This document shows, piece by piece, positions 1-9,204 of a stretch of DNA of 21,707 nucleotides; the first letter of the stretch is position 1, and each line of letters begins with the position of its first letter. The notes beneath the pieces are model-generated. The model was not told the DNA's origin, did not search any database, and saw nothing but the letters and a program-made list of their open reading frames with translations. A program made the position numbers and the translations under genes. Origin of the DNA: Thermotogota bacterium (GTDB lineage Bacteria > Bipolaricaulota > Bipolaricaulia > UBA7950 > UBA9294); contig JBDKUT010000092.1 in the NCBI GenBank assembly GCA_039679545.1, forward strand, positions 1-21,707, given 5' to 3'.

Positions 1-671
1 ACGGCATCTCCCTGCGCGGCCGCGGCGAGAACGAGCGGGGCGAGCGCCGCGATGTCGTTCACCGAAGCCGGCCTGCCGTAGGCCCATTCGAGGAGGGATG
101 GCGCCTCCTGCAGCTTGAGCGAACCGAGGACGACCCGCTCAAGTTCGCGCCCGCGCCGCGCACGGCCGTCATGGCGCCGCACGACGGCGCGCAACGCCTC
201 CAGGCCGATCCAGTACCCGCTCCCCTCGTCTCCCAGCAGATACCCCCACCCGTCGGCACGCAGAACCCGGTCTAGGCCGTCCATGCCGACGACGATGGCG
301 CCAGTCCCCCCACAGACGGCGACCCCGCGTTCGCCCGCCACGGCACCGACGAGGGCAACCTCTGCGTCGTTGCGGACGGTGAGGGGCACCCCGGCCAATT
401 CATCCATGTTCGCAAAAGCATGTTCAAGACGGAAGCGATCCGAAGCGAAGTCGGCCCCGGCGAGGCCGAACACGGCACGCGAGACTCGTTCCGGTCGCAC
501 GACGCTCGCAAGCGCCGCTAGAATGGCGGACCGGACACTTTCCACTGCGGCATCGAGCCCAAGCACCTGGTAGTTCGAGGGGCCGCTTCGCCCCGTCCCG
601 CGGACTCTTCCGGCGGAGTCCACGACGACCGCCACCGTCTTCGTTCCTCCGCCGTCTACGCCGAGAATCAC
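1..671 (-). CDS. BadF/BadG/BcrA/BcrD-type ATPase (N-acetylglucosamine/N-acetylmuramic acid kinase-like), 3' end runs off the window
   Basis: Not in the ORF track because there is no stop in the window. Manual translation from GTG at 671 gives MILGVDGGGTKTVAVVVDSAGRVRGTGRSGPSNYQ...VFGLAGAD...VRNDAEVAL...CGGTGAIVVG...ADGWGYLLGDEGSGYWIG, with the ASKHA phosphate motifs typical of this family. The RBS-like AAGGAAGGAG lies just upstream. Confidence 0.9.
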   Translation of the reverse strand, partial: MILGVDGGGTKTVAVVVDSAGRVRGTGRSGPSNYQVLGLDAAVESVRSAILAALASVVRPERVSRAVFGLAGADFASDRFRLEHAFANMDELAGVPLTVRNDAEVALVGAVAGERGVAVCGGTGAIVVGMDGLDRVLRADGWGYLLGDEGSGYWIGLEALRAVVRRHDGRARRGRELERVVLGSLKLQEAPSLLEWAYGRPASVNDIAALAPLVLAAAAQGDA

Positions 672-768
672 CGTCCTGCTCCTTCCTTATCGAGCACGAC
701 ATCTTCGTCGCGTGCCGCCCAAGAATCCTCGCGGGGATCCTACGAGCTCACCCGCTGCTTTCCAAGAA

Positions 769-800
769 GTGCCCCGACGGACTTGCCGCCGTCGGGGCAC
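769..800 (-). terminator. Intrinsic terminator downstream of the C1A protease
   Basis: Perfect 12-bp stem GTGCCCCGACGG (769-780) / CCGTCGGGGCAC (789-800) with an 8-nt loop, followed on the minus strand by TTCTT. Confidence 0.7.
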
Positions 801-855
801 CTGTGCTCTTCTTGCCCGGACAACAGCTCGCGCGGAACCTGACCCTCTCTCGCTC

Positions 856-1755
856 CTACTCGAACGCGGCCGTGTCCACCCACTCGGCTCGAATCAGGGT
901 CCACCAGTCTGTCGCAAGGCCACGCAGGACGTACTCGTACGGAAGCCACAGGTAACCGCCCATCGGGCCCCAACCCGTTCCCCACGAATTGCGGATCAGG
1001 AGAGCTCCCTTGTAGGTCGGAGATCCCGGCGCGCTGTTCTGGGTTTGGATGTCGTCGTCGTACCCCACCGCAACGACCGCGTGTCCCCCAAGGCAGCTCT
1101 CCCCGGAGACGGGGACCGGGATCTTCCCCGTCGCGGAAGCCTCTCCGATCGAGTCGTAAACCGTGAATCCGAACATCGACGGCAGGCCCGCAGCAAGGTG
1201 CTTCTTGATCTGCTTCAGCAGCTCCTTCTCCGTCCTGCCGGGAGGATCAAGGCGGTAGTACTTGACGGCCTCATAGTCCTCCCCGAACGCATAGCAGAAC
1301 GCGGACGGTTCAACGTCGAAGTCGGCGATCACATACGGCCAGTACTCCTCCGGCGGCACGCCAAACAACCGAAGCGCCTTCATCGTCGTGCGGAGGAACG
1401 CCCCCGTGTCGCCCGTCCAGTGAAGTAGGTTGCGCGTGGCTTTGTAGAGAAAGAGGCGCGAGGCGTCGATATGCTTCCCATACGCCCGCCGCTCGAAGTA
1501 CTCCACGATTCCCACACCGGCATTTGCCGTGCACGATCCAAGACTCCCTTGATCCTCGATCGGCGAGCACCAAGCCCGCAGATCCACACGAGCTGGAAGC
1601 GTGTCTTTCTTGGCCAAGCCGACCCTGGTCTTCCCCAAGAGGGGTTGGATGAGCTCGTGCTCGTCCGTGTAATCGCGGAAGTCGGGATGGTCGTGCAGCC
1701 ACCCCATGCCCCGCGGCGCCTGCTCCGCACAGTGCAACTCCTGTTTTCTTTCCAT
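856..1755 (-). CDS. Papain-family (C1A) cysteine protease, xylellain-like, no signal peptide
   Basis: LPARVDLR, QGSLGSCTANA (oxyanion Gln, catalytic Cys), GGHAVVAVGY (His), IRNSWGTGWG (Asn), and the N-terminal GWxxDxPDxRD short prosegment. ATG at 1755 is preceded by AAGGAGG and is preferred over the 1773 GTG. Confidence 0.93.
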   Translation of the reverse strand: MERKQELHCAEQAPRGMGWLHDHPDFRDYTDEHELIQPLLGKTRVGLAKKDTLPARVDLRAWCSPIEDQGSLGSCTANAGVGIVEYFERRAYGKHIDASRLFLYKATRNLLHWTGDTGAFLRTTMKALRLFGVPPEEYWPYVIADFDVEPSAFCYAFGEDYEAVKYYRLDPPGRTEKELLKQIKKHLAAGLPSMFGFTVYDSIGEASATGKIPVPVSGESCLGGHAVVAVGYDDDIQTQNSAPGSPTYKGALLIRNSWGTGWGPMGGYLWLPYEYVLRGLATDWWTLIRAEWVDTAAFE

Positions 1756-2025
1756 CGTGTCCTCCTTGCTCACCCTGCTCTCGGCCCCCAGTCGGGGAAT
1801 CCGACCTCTCTTTTGACCGCTTCCTACCGATCTTGTCCTATCTGCTGTCTGATGCTCTGCTCTTCATTCTCAGGATAGGACGCCCTCCTTCCCGTCGTCA
1901 AATCGGAAGCCACACACCACCGAGTCCCCCGCACGCGCGGGCTTCCTTGCGCGACCTTCCCTTCCCGCCCCGCCGCCGTTGAGCTATCGTGAAGGACGTT
2001 CGGACAACGAAAAGGGAGCCGCGAA

Positions 2026-3990
2026 ATGAACAGAGCACTTGTGGCCGCAATGGTCGCCGTCCTCACAACGGTGTCCGCCGTGTCTTGGGCCGTTGTCGCG
2101 GAGGATCACGGGAACTCACCTCTCACGGCGACGCCGATCGAGCCGACGGGAACGCGTTTGCCCGGGTGCATCGAGCCGACGGGGGACATGGACTACTTCC
2201 TCTTCCAAGCCGTAAAGGGCCGCGTGTACCGGCTCCTGACAAGCCACCTTTCAGCGGGAATGGACAGCGTCCTGTACCTGTTCGCGTCGGACGGCCAATC
2301 CATCTTGTTGGTGGATGACAACTCCGGTGGCAGTGGGGCATCCCGCATCGAGTGGACGTGCTCGGTGTCGGGTACGTACTTCGCCATGATCCGGCACGCG
2401 GCGCCGTCTACAGGAACCGGCTGCTACGACTTCAGCGTGTCCCTTCTCGAAACCGACGACCACGGCAACGACGCGCTGACTGCGACCTCCATCGCTCCAG
2501 GCGACGCGGCAACATCGGGGTTCATCGAGACGCCGAGTGACATCGACGCATTCCTCTTCCCCGTCCGCCAAGGGTACCGCTACTCCATCGTTCTCACTCC
2601 CTTGACGGCCGGCCGACAACCTGCAATCCGTCTTTCCGGCGCGGTGGGCGAGACGGACTGGGGCACCACCGAGCCCGCGATGTGCACTGCCGTTCAAGAC
2701 GGCGCCGCGTTTGCCTTCGTCTCGTTCCCCAACGGAGGAACCGGCGGGTACGAACTCCGCGTGGTTGAAGACGGGTACTCCGACGATCACGGAGACGCGC
2801 CGGCGACCGCAACCCCTTTGGAGGCGGACGGAGCCACTCTGCGAGGAGCGATCGAGGTGCACGAGGACCAAGACTGGTTCTTGTTGGCGGCACGACAAGG
2901 TGCGGAGTACCACGTGACCGTAACTGCCGAGGAGCCGGTCCGACTGTCCATGATCGCCGCCGACGGCGCCACTGTCCTCAGAGAGGAGGTCGGCAGCACA
3001 GGAACCCCGATCCAGATTGAGTGGACGGCACCCGCCGACGGCTCGGTGTTCCTCTCGCTCGAGATGCCGGATGAGGCTGGAACCTACGAGCTCACGGTTT
3101 CGTCTACGCTGCAGCTGCAGCTTCTTGGGTTCCTCAACCCGCAGGGGTACACCCTGGACGTCGCGGCGCGGAACTCAACCGCCTACGTCGTGGTCGGCAC
3201 CAAAGGCCTCCTGATCGTGGACACGACAGACCCCGCGCACCCTCGCGAGATCGGCTCTCACAGCACGCGTGGCTACGCGCAGGGCGTGACCGTCGACGGG
3301 GATTTCGCGTACGTCGCCAACCGCGGCGACGGCCTGACCATCCTCGACGTCTCGGATCCGTCCCGCCCGTTCGAAGTGGGATTCCTCGACACGCCGGGAT
3401 CCGTTCAGGACGTCGCCGTACAGGCGGGAATCGCCTACGTCGCCGACCAACGCGGGGGACTCCAGATCGTCGACGTGTCCCACCCTGAATCGCCGCGGTT
3501 TCTCGCCACGTTCGACACCGAGGGCTACGCGGAAGCGGTTGCCTGCGCGGATGGCGTCGCGTACGTCGCCGCCGGCGACGCAGGCCTGGAGCTCGTCGAC
3601 GTCTCCAACCCATCAGCACCCGCGGCTCTGGGGTCGATCGACCTGCGCGGGGACGCGAGCGACGTCGTCGTATCCGGCGGATGGGCGTACGTCGCGGCCG
3701 GGTTCCGCGGGATTCGCGTCGTCGATGTCCGAACGCCCGCGGCGCCGGTGGAAGCCGGCGCCGTGAGCACCACGGGAGAAGTCCGAGGCCTGGCCCTCGC
3801 GCGGAACTTCCTCTACGCGGCCCAGCGGACCGAGGGACTCGCCGTCTACTCGCTCGCCGATCCGACGCAGCCCGAGCTCGTCGCCGCCCTGGACACCGCG
3901 GGCGAGGCGCTCCACGTCGCTGTGACGAGTGCCGTAGCGTATGTCGCGGATCGGGAGAAGGGCCTCGAGATCGTGCAGCTGTTCCGGTAG
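2026..3990 (+). CDS. Secreted protein with three PPC-like (pre-peptidase C-terminal) domains and a C-terminal LVIVD-repeat beta-propeller
   Basis: Sec-type signal (MNRALVAAMVAVL...). Three domains begin (E/D)DHG(N/D)xxxTAT and contain DxDxF. Seven ~42-aa repeats match G.a.dVav.g..AYVA....GL.ivDvs.P..P. RBS AGGGAG upstream. Confidence 0.85.
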   Translation: MNRALVAAMVAVLTTVSAVSWAVVAEDHGNSPLTATPIEPTGTRLPGCIEPTGDMDYFLFQAVKGRVYRLLTSHLSAGMDSVLYLFASDGQSILLVDDNSGGSGASRIEWTCSVSGTYFAMIRHAAPSTGTGCYDFSVSLLETDDHGNDALTATSIAPGDAATSGFIETPSDIDAFLFPVRQGYRYSIVLTPLTAGRQPAIRLSGAVGETDWGTTEPAMCTAVQDGAAFAFVSFPNGGTGGYELRVVEDGYSDDHGDAPATATPLEADGATLRGAIEVHEDQDWFLLAARQGAEYHVTVTAEEPVRLSMIAADGATVLREEVGSTGTPIQIEWTAPADGSVFLSLEMPDEAGTYELTVSSTLQLQLLGFLNPQGYTLDVAARNSTAYVVVGTKGLLIVDTTDPAHPREIGSHSTRGYAQGVTVDGDFAYVANRGDGLTILDVSDPSRPFEVGFLDTPGSVQDVAVQAGIAYVADQRGGLQIVDVSHPESPRFLATFDTEGYAEAVACADGVAYVAAGDAGLELVDVSNPSAPAALGSIDLRGDASDVVVSGGWAYVAAGFRGIRVVDVRTPAAPVEAGAVSTTGEVRGLALARNFLYAAQRTEGLAVYSLADPTQPELVAALDTAGEALHVAVTSAVAYVADREKGLEIVQLFR

Positions 3991-3993
3991 AAG

Positions 3994-4023
3994 ACGCGGG
4001 GGAGTCGTGCAGCTCCCCCGCGT
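3994..4023. terminator. Hairpin between convergent genes, probable bidirectional terminator
   Basis: 11-bp stem ACGCGGGGGAG (3994-4004) / CTCCCCCGCGT (4013-4023) with an 8-nt loop, between the stops at 3990 (+) and 4041 (-). Confidence 0.7.
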
Positions 4024-4040
4024 TTGAGTTCTCTTCCGAG

Positions 4041-7000
4041 CTACCGCGGACCGGTTAGATCCTCGGACACGGTGTCCGAGCGGTCGGTTCCGTTCTTCTC
4101 GAGGGTGTTGCCGTAGCCGGCAACGAGCGACGCCGGGTCCGCGAACACTCCGAACCCGAGGTTTCCCGAGATCGTGTTCTCGCGAACCGACGCGATCGAC
4201 GTCTCCAGATGAAGACCATCCAGCCCTTGATCGGCGATCGTCGACAACGCCAGAGACAGCACGGACTGGTCGAACAGCCCGATTCCGTGCCCCTCGTTCC
4301 CCGAGACCGTCGCGTTGCGCAGGGACGCGGCCGACGCGCGGACCGACAGCCCCGACTTCAGGTTGTCGGCGACCGTCGAGCCAATCATGAGGAGAGCGGA
4401 CCTCTCGGCAAGACTCACGCCGACTCCGGCGTTCTCCGAAATCGACGTGTCATCCAACAGAGCGGCCACCGACCGAGTCAACGAGAGCCCGCCCAGGCCG
4501 TTCGACGCCACGAGCGTGTCGAGAGCCATGAACGCCGTTTGGGCCACGGCCTCGATGCCCCAGCCTTTGTTGTCGCGAATCGTGCTCCCGCTGAACGACG
4601 CGGGGGAATTGTCGAGCACAACGCCGGACGCCGGATGCTCTGACACCGTCGAGTCGAGCATCGTCACCGTCGCGTTCGACGTGTGGATCGCCACGTCTCC
4701 GTTGGCTCGAATGATCGATCCTGCAGCGATCACCGCCGAGCTGTCGACCAAGTCGAGCGCATACGACGCGTTCTGACTCACCGTGCTCGCGGAGACCGTG
4801 ATCTGGGAGTTCGCCGCGGCAATTCCGATTCCCTGGTTGCTGGAAAGCGAGCTTCCAACCAACTCCAGGGACGCTCGATCCAGGCGAATGCCGTCCGTCG
4901 GGTGTCCCACGATCGTCGTGTCGTCAAATGCGATGGTTGACAGCACGGCGACGGCCCCCGGTCCTTTGTTGCCTTCGATCCGCGAGCTCCGGACGTCGGC
5001 GCGGGAGTCGGCGAGGTCGAGCGCCGTCGCCCCGTGCTGCCGGATCGTCGTCCCGGAGACGGCCACTGTACCGCCCACCGCCGCGATGGCGCGAGCGCTG
5101 TTCTCGTACACCTCGCAGTCCTGCAGATCCACCGAGCTCTGGTCAAGGACGATCGCGTCCTTCGGATGCTTCGTCACCGAGCTCCCAACCAGCGTGACGC
5201 GGGATTGCGCCGCGGCGTCGACCGCCGATTCGCCGTTTCCCGAGAAGAGACACGTCGCTGCGGTTACCGATGTCGCCGTCACGTGGAGCGCGTCGCCTCG
5301 GTTGCCCGTCATCGTGCACCCCTGCAGCGAGCTCTTCGACGATGCCGCTTGCAGCGCGTCCCCGCCGTTGTCGCGAATCGTCGCGTCGCGCAGCTTGGCC
5401 GAGCTGTTGGAGAGAACGACGCCGTCATCGGTGTGCCCAAAGATGACGCTCCCCTCGGAGAGGTTCACAATCCCTTGCTCGGCGACGATGCCGTTGGCGC
5501 CGTTCCGCTCGAGGTTGCTTCCGGTGGCGTCCACCGCCGAGTCCAGCATCCGAATCCCGCCGGCGTTGTTCGAGACGACCGTGGACGAGATCAGCTCGCA
5601 CGTCGTCCCGCCGCTCCCCTCGACTCCCCAGCCTCGGTTCCCGCTGATCTCGCTGTCCGTCGCTTCGGCGTCCGTTTGCGCAAGGGTGAGTCCGTTCCCG
5701 GGGTGTCCGGAGACGACGGTCGCGTCGAGGAGGATCTTCCCGTTCGCGGCTTCGATCCCGACGGTTCCGTTGTCGCGGATCTTCGAGTCGCCGGACTCCG
5801 CCGAGCTGGAGTCCAGCTTGACCCCCGCGGCCCCGTTGCCGGCGATCGAGCACGCGGCCAGTTTCAGCTCGCTGTTGTCGGTCGCCGCAATCCCGCACAG
5901 CCGGTTGTCTTCGACCTTCGTCAGCTCGAGGTCGGCCTTGCTTCCCTGAAGCCGAAGGCCGTCCTTCGGGTGATCGACGATCTCCGAGTTCGCGATTTGG
6001 AGGCTTGTCGCCTGGGCATCAATGCCGTAGCCCGTATTCGCCGCGACGGTGCTCCCTCTGATCTCCACGGAGGCTCCACGGAGCACGACGCCGCTCGACC
6101 CGTTCCCATCGATAGTGCTGCCGTCCACAATGCGCAGGGCGCAGTTCGTTCCGCGGACTCCCTCGGTTTGGTTCGCGCCGACTCGGCTCGCGCGGACGTC
6201 GGCCGACGAGTCGAGCAGAGAGAGACCACCTTGAGGATGACCGGTGACGGACGTGCTCACGAGCGTGACGCGCGACCGCGCTTTGGCGTCGACGCCGACC
6301 GTCCCGTTGTCGCCGACCGCTCCGCCCTCGATTCGCACCTGAGTGAAGTCGAGCCGCAGTCCGCCCTCGACGTTCGCTTGGATCGTGCTGTTGAGGAACT
6401 CCGCTCCGGACGACGTTCCGTGCAGGCCAAGTCCGCCGTTCTTCGAGACGTCAAGACCCACGGCGTTGAGAGACGCCTTGGCGAGCAGGATCCCGTGCGA
6501 GCCGTTCGCGCGGACGGCGCCCCCGTTCACGGCGGCCACCGAGTGCTCCGCCCGCAGGCCCACGCCTCCGCTTCGCTCGATCGTCGTCTTCTCAAGCCCG
6601 GCGGCCGCGTTCTCCAGCACGAGTCCGTCCTTCGGATGATCGGCGACCAGGCAGTCGACCAGCGAGGCCGTCGAGTCCACCGCGTAGAGCCCTTCCTCGC
6701 CGTTCTCGATGACCTGTGACGCGGTGAGATCGGCCGTCGAGTTGGCAAGGTCCAGGCCTCGTTTCGCGTTCCCGGCGACCTTCGTCGTCGCGAGCACGAC
6801 CGTGGAGATCGTGCCGGCGATTCCGTGCCCGCCGCTCGTGAGGACCTCGCAGTCGAGGAAGTCCCCCGAGCTGTTGGCAAGCCGCACGCCGTCGTCGGGG
6901 TGCTCGGCAATCGTCGTTTCCGTCGCCGTTACACTCGAGTTGCTGTGGCCGTAGATCCCATGGATGCCGTTCCTACGGATCTCCGAGCGCAGGATGTCCG

Positions 7001-9023
7001 CCAGCGCATGCTCGAGGAGTACGCCGTTCTGGGTGTTATCGTGAACCTCGCTGTCAGAAAGCGCAAGCCGCGAGCCGAGCTCGGATACCCCCTCGAGGCG
7101 ATTCGAGAACACCTCCGTCGTGGCCACTTGCGCCGAGCTGCGCTCCATCCGGATTCCGTTCAGCGGGTGTTCGGAGACCGCCGACCCCGAGATCCGCGCC
7201 TCGGCGTCAAGGAGCGAGACTCCGTTTTCCCCATTGGCTCGCACCGTGCTGTCCGACATCTCCACGAAGCTCTGCTCCGCAAGGAGCCCGTTCGCGGTGT
7301 TCTCCAGGATCTCCGAGGCGTTCCGAACCGTGAGGGTCGAGTCGGCGATCGCGTAGAGCCCCTGTCCCCCGTTCTTCTCCACGAGGCTCGCATCGACAGT
7401 TCCCGTCGACGCCTCGAGGAACATCCCCTGGCCGACGTTGTTCGCAATCGTCGAGTGATCGGCCACGGTCACAACCGACGCCGCCTGCGCGTGCACTCCG
7501 TGGGCACCGTTGTTCGTCACCTGGCTCGCGAGGATTTCGACGCGCGACACGTCCGCCAGCACGCCTTCGGCCGCGTTCCCCGCCACGGTACTGGCCGTAA
7601 GGCTTCCCTCGGCACCCGTCGCGCTCACGCCGTGACGCTCGTTCGCGCGCACTTCTGAACCTTCGAGAGCGCCCACCGCCGACTCAATCCGCATTCCGTC
7701 AATCCCGTTGTCCGAGACGGCGCAGCCGTTCCGAACTTCGCCGCGCCCACCGCCGTACACGTAGACGCCGTAGCGAACGTTGGCTCGGACGGTCCCGCCG
7801 GCGATCGCGGCCGTCGAGGCGTCAACCGTGACTCCGTCGACGGCGTTCTCGAAGACCGCGGAATCCGCCACCTCACTTGCCCCACCCGCCTCGACAAGAA
7901 CGCCCGAGAGCCCGTTCTTCGAGATCGTCGAGGACGCGACGCGTGCCCTTCCGCCGTTCACGTGGAGTCCCTGGGCAGCGTTCTCGGACAGCGTGGAATC
8001 GGAGATGGAGGCCGAGGACAACGTCGTCACCGACACCCCGTCGCTCCCTTGGTTCGTGACCAACGTGCTCGTGACAGCAACGTCGCTGTGGTCGGAGATA
8101 AGAATGCCGAAGCCGGCGTTTCGGACGATCGTGCTGGCCGACACGCCCCCCGTTGAGCGAACGTACATGACGGCCGCGTCAGGATGCCCGCTGATCGTCG
8201 CGCCCTCTACGTTCAACGTGGCGTCATCCCCGCGCACGCCAACCCCTCGATTGTCGACGACCTGCGCGCTTCCCCGCAGCGTGAACGTGGCTCCCGTGAC
8301 GAACACTCCTCCCGTGCCGTTGTCGGAGATGCGCGTCGGCGTCTTCCCCTCGGCGAACCGAACGGTCGCCGCACCGTCGACCACAATGCCGTAGCCTGTG
8401 TTCGCCGTGAACTGGGACGCCTCGATGTCGGCCGAGCCGGAGTGGATAGCGATCCCGCCCGCATTTCGACTCAGGGTGCACGCGGACATCACGAGCTTCG
8501 CGACGCTCGCCGTCTCACCGCCCAATTCCACGCCCCACCCTGCGTTGTCGGCAATCTCGCAGTTCGTCAGCGTGAAACCGCCGCCGCGCAGTCCGGCATT
8601 CGAATTCCCTTGGACGACGCAGCCGTTCAGAGTCACGCTCGACGCCGAGTCCAGTTCAATCGCCACGGTCCCGCCCTGCACCGTCAGATTCTCGATCACG
8701 ATCCCCGTGCAGTTCTCGAACCGGAGCACCGGCGCCCCTGCGTCACGTCCGGAAATCGCGATCGTCCGTTGCGTATCCGGAGCCGCGTATACCATGACGT
8801 TCTTCTTGTCCTTCACGACGACCGTCTCGCGGATCGATCGCGAGATCTCGATCTTGCCCCCGACCGAGACCTGTCGAAACGCTTGGGCCAACGAGAGTAC
8901 AGTGTCAGGGACCACGATCCCTCGCCTCACGTCGCGGTCCGCTTGCCCAAGTCCCATGACGCACAAGGCCAAGACCCATCCGAGAGCTACGCAGAGAACG
9001 GTTCCTCGGGATGCCGAACGCAT
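4041..9023 (-). CDS. Giant secreted right-handed parallel beta-helix repeat protein (PbH1/NosD-like), 1660 aa
   Basis: Signal peptide MRSASRGTVLCVALGWVLALCVMGLG, a typical beta-helix cap (IVVPD..SLAQA...GGKIEI...ETVVV), then about 70 tandem 22-23-aa coils of the form NxxxGvxlxxsxaxixxsxixx. ATG at 9023 is preceded by GAGGAGG. Confidence 0.88.
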   Translation of the reverse strand: MRSASRGTVLCVALGWVLALCVMGLGQADRDVRRGIVVPDTVLSLAQAFRQVSVGGKIEISRSIRETVVVKDKKNVMVYAAPDTQRTIAISGRDAGAPVLRFENCTGIVIENLTVQGGTVAIELDSASSVTLNGCVVQGNSNAGLRGGGFTLTNCEIADNAGWGVELGGETASVAKLVMSACTLSRNAGGIAIHSGSADIEASQFTANTGYGIVVDGAATVRFAEGKTPTRISDNGTGGVFVTGATFTLRGSAQVVDNRGVGVRGDDATLNVEGATISGHPDAAVMYVRSTGGVSASTIVRNAGFGILISDHSDVAVTSTLVTNQGSDGVSVTTLSSASISDSTLSENAAQGLHVNGGRARVASSTISKNGLSGVLVEAGGASEVADSAVFENAVDGVTVDASTAAIAGGTVRANVRYGVYVYGGGRGEVRNGCAVSDNGIDGMRIESAVGALEGSEVRANERHGVSATGAEGSLTASTVAGNAAEGVLADVSRVEILASQVTNNGAHGVHAQAASVVTVADHSTIANNVGQGMFLEASTGTVDASLVEKNGGQGLYAIADSTLTVRNASEILENTANGLLAEQSFVEMSDSTVRANGENGVSLLDAEARISGSAVSEHPLNGIRMERSSAQVATTEVFSNRLEGVSELGSRLALSDSEVHDNTQNGVLLEHALADILRSEIRRNGIHGIYGHSNSSVTATETTIAEHPDDGVRLANSSGDFLDCEVLTSGGHGIAGTISTVVLATTKVAGNAKRGLDLANSTADLTASQVIENGEEGLYAVDSTASLVDCLVADHPKDGLVLENAAAGLEKTTIERSGGVGLRAEHSVAAVNGGAVRANGSHGILLAKASLNAVGLDVSKNGGLGLHGTSSGAEFLNSTIQANVEGGLRLDFTQVRIEGGAVGDNGTVGVDAKARSRVTLVSTSVTGHPQGGLSLLDSSADVRASRVGANQTEGVRGTNCALRIVDGSTIDGNGSSGVVLRGASVEIRGSTVAANTGYGIDAQATSLQIANSEIVDHPKDGLRLQGSKADLELTKVEDNRLCGIAATDNSELKLAACSIAGNGAAGVKLDSSSAESGDSKIRDNGTVGIEAANGKILLDATVVSGHPGNGLTLAQTDAEATDSEISGNRGWGVEGSGGTTCELISSTVVSNNAGGIRMLDSAVDATGSNLERNGANGIVAEQGIVNLSEGSVIFGHTDDGVVLSNSSAKLRDATIRDNGGDALQAASSKSSLQGCTMTGNRGDALHVTATSVTAATCLFSGNGESAVDAAAQSRVTLVGSSVTKHPKDAIVLDQSSVDLQDCEVYENSARAIAAVGGTVAVSGTTIRQHGATALDLADSRADVRSSRIEGNKGPGAVAVLSTIAFDDTTIVGHPTDGIRLDRASLELVGSSLSSNQGIGIAAANSQITVSASTVSQNASYALDLVDSSAVIAAGSIIRANGDVAIHTSNATVTMLDSTVSEHPASGVVLDNSPASFSGSTIRDNKGWGIEAVAQTAFMALDTLVASNGLGGLSLTRSVAALLDDTSISENAGVGVSLAERSALLMIGSTVADNLKSGLSVRASAASLRNATVSGNEGHGIGLFDQSVLSLALSTIADQGLDGLHLETSIASVRENTISGNLGFGVFADPASLVAGYGNTLEKNGTDRSDTVSEDLTGPR

Positions 9024-9162
9024 GACGACCTCCTCGCTACTCTGTTCCACGGCGGCCGGAGGCGGTCGAACGACAGCTCGCGCCGCGCCCGCCGAGAACT
9101 GCGCCGCTCTCTAACCTACCCGCCACGCCCCCGGTAGTTCCGCTCAAGGCGCCATATCTCTG

Positions 9163-9204
9163 CCACAAGCCTGCTTCCCCCGACCCACAAGCGCGGGGTA
9201 TCCT
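9163..9204 (+). promoter_or_regulatory. Candidate promoter of the TolC-ABC operon, with a direct repeat CCACAAGC and a -10-like TATCCT
   Basis: CCACAAGC at 9163-9170 and 9185-9192 (22 bp apart) and TATCCT at 9199-9204, in the divergent intergenic region. Confidence 0.3.

Noticed and set aside
3120..3990. Regularly spaced DNA similarity (~126 bp) resembling an array
   Set aside because: It is explained by the coding LVIVD repeats, with no identical repeats or unique spacers as in CRISPR.
4041..9023. Ice-binding/ice-nucleation or autotransporter interpretation of the beta-helix
   Set aside because: There are no regular TxT arrays and no C-terminal beta-barrel. The coils are of the PbH1 type with an Asn ladder.
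4209..9137. Many long plus-strand ORFs (e.g. 4783-5949, 5034-6719, 8184-9137)
   Set aside because: These are antisense shadows of the repetitive beta-helix gene, and their periodicity only mirrors the real protein.
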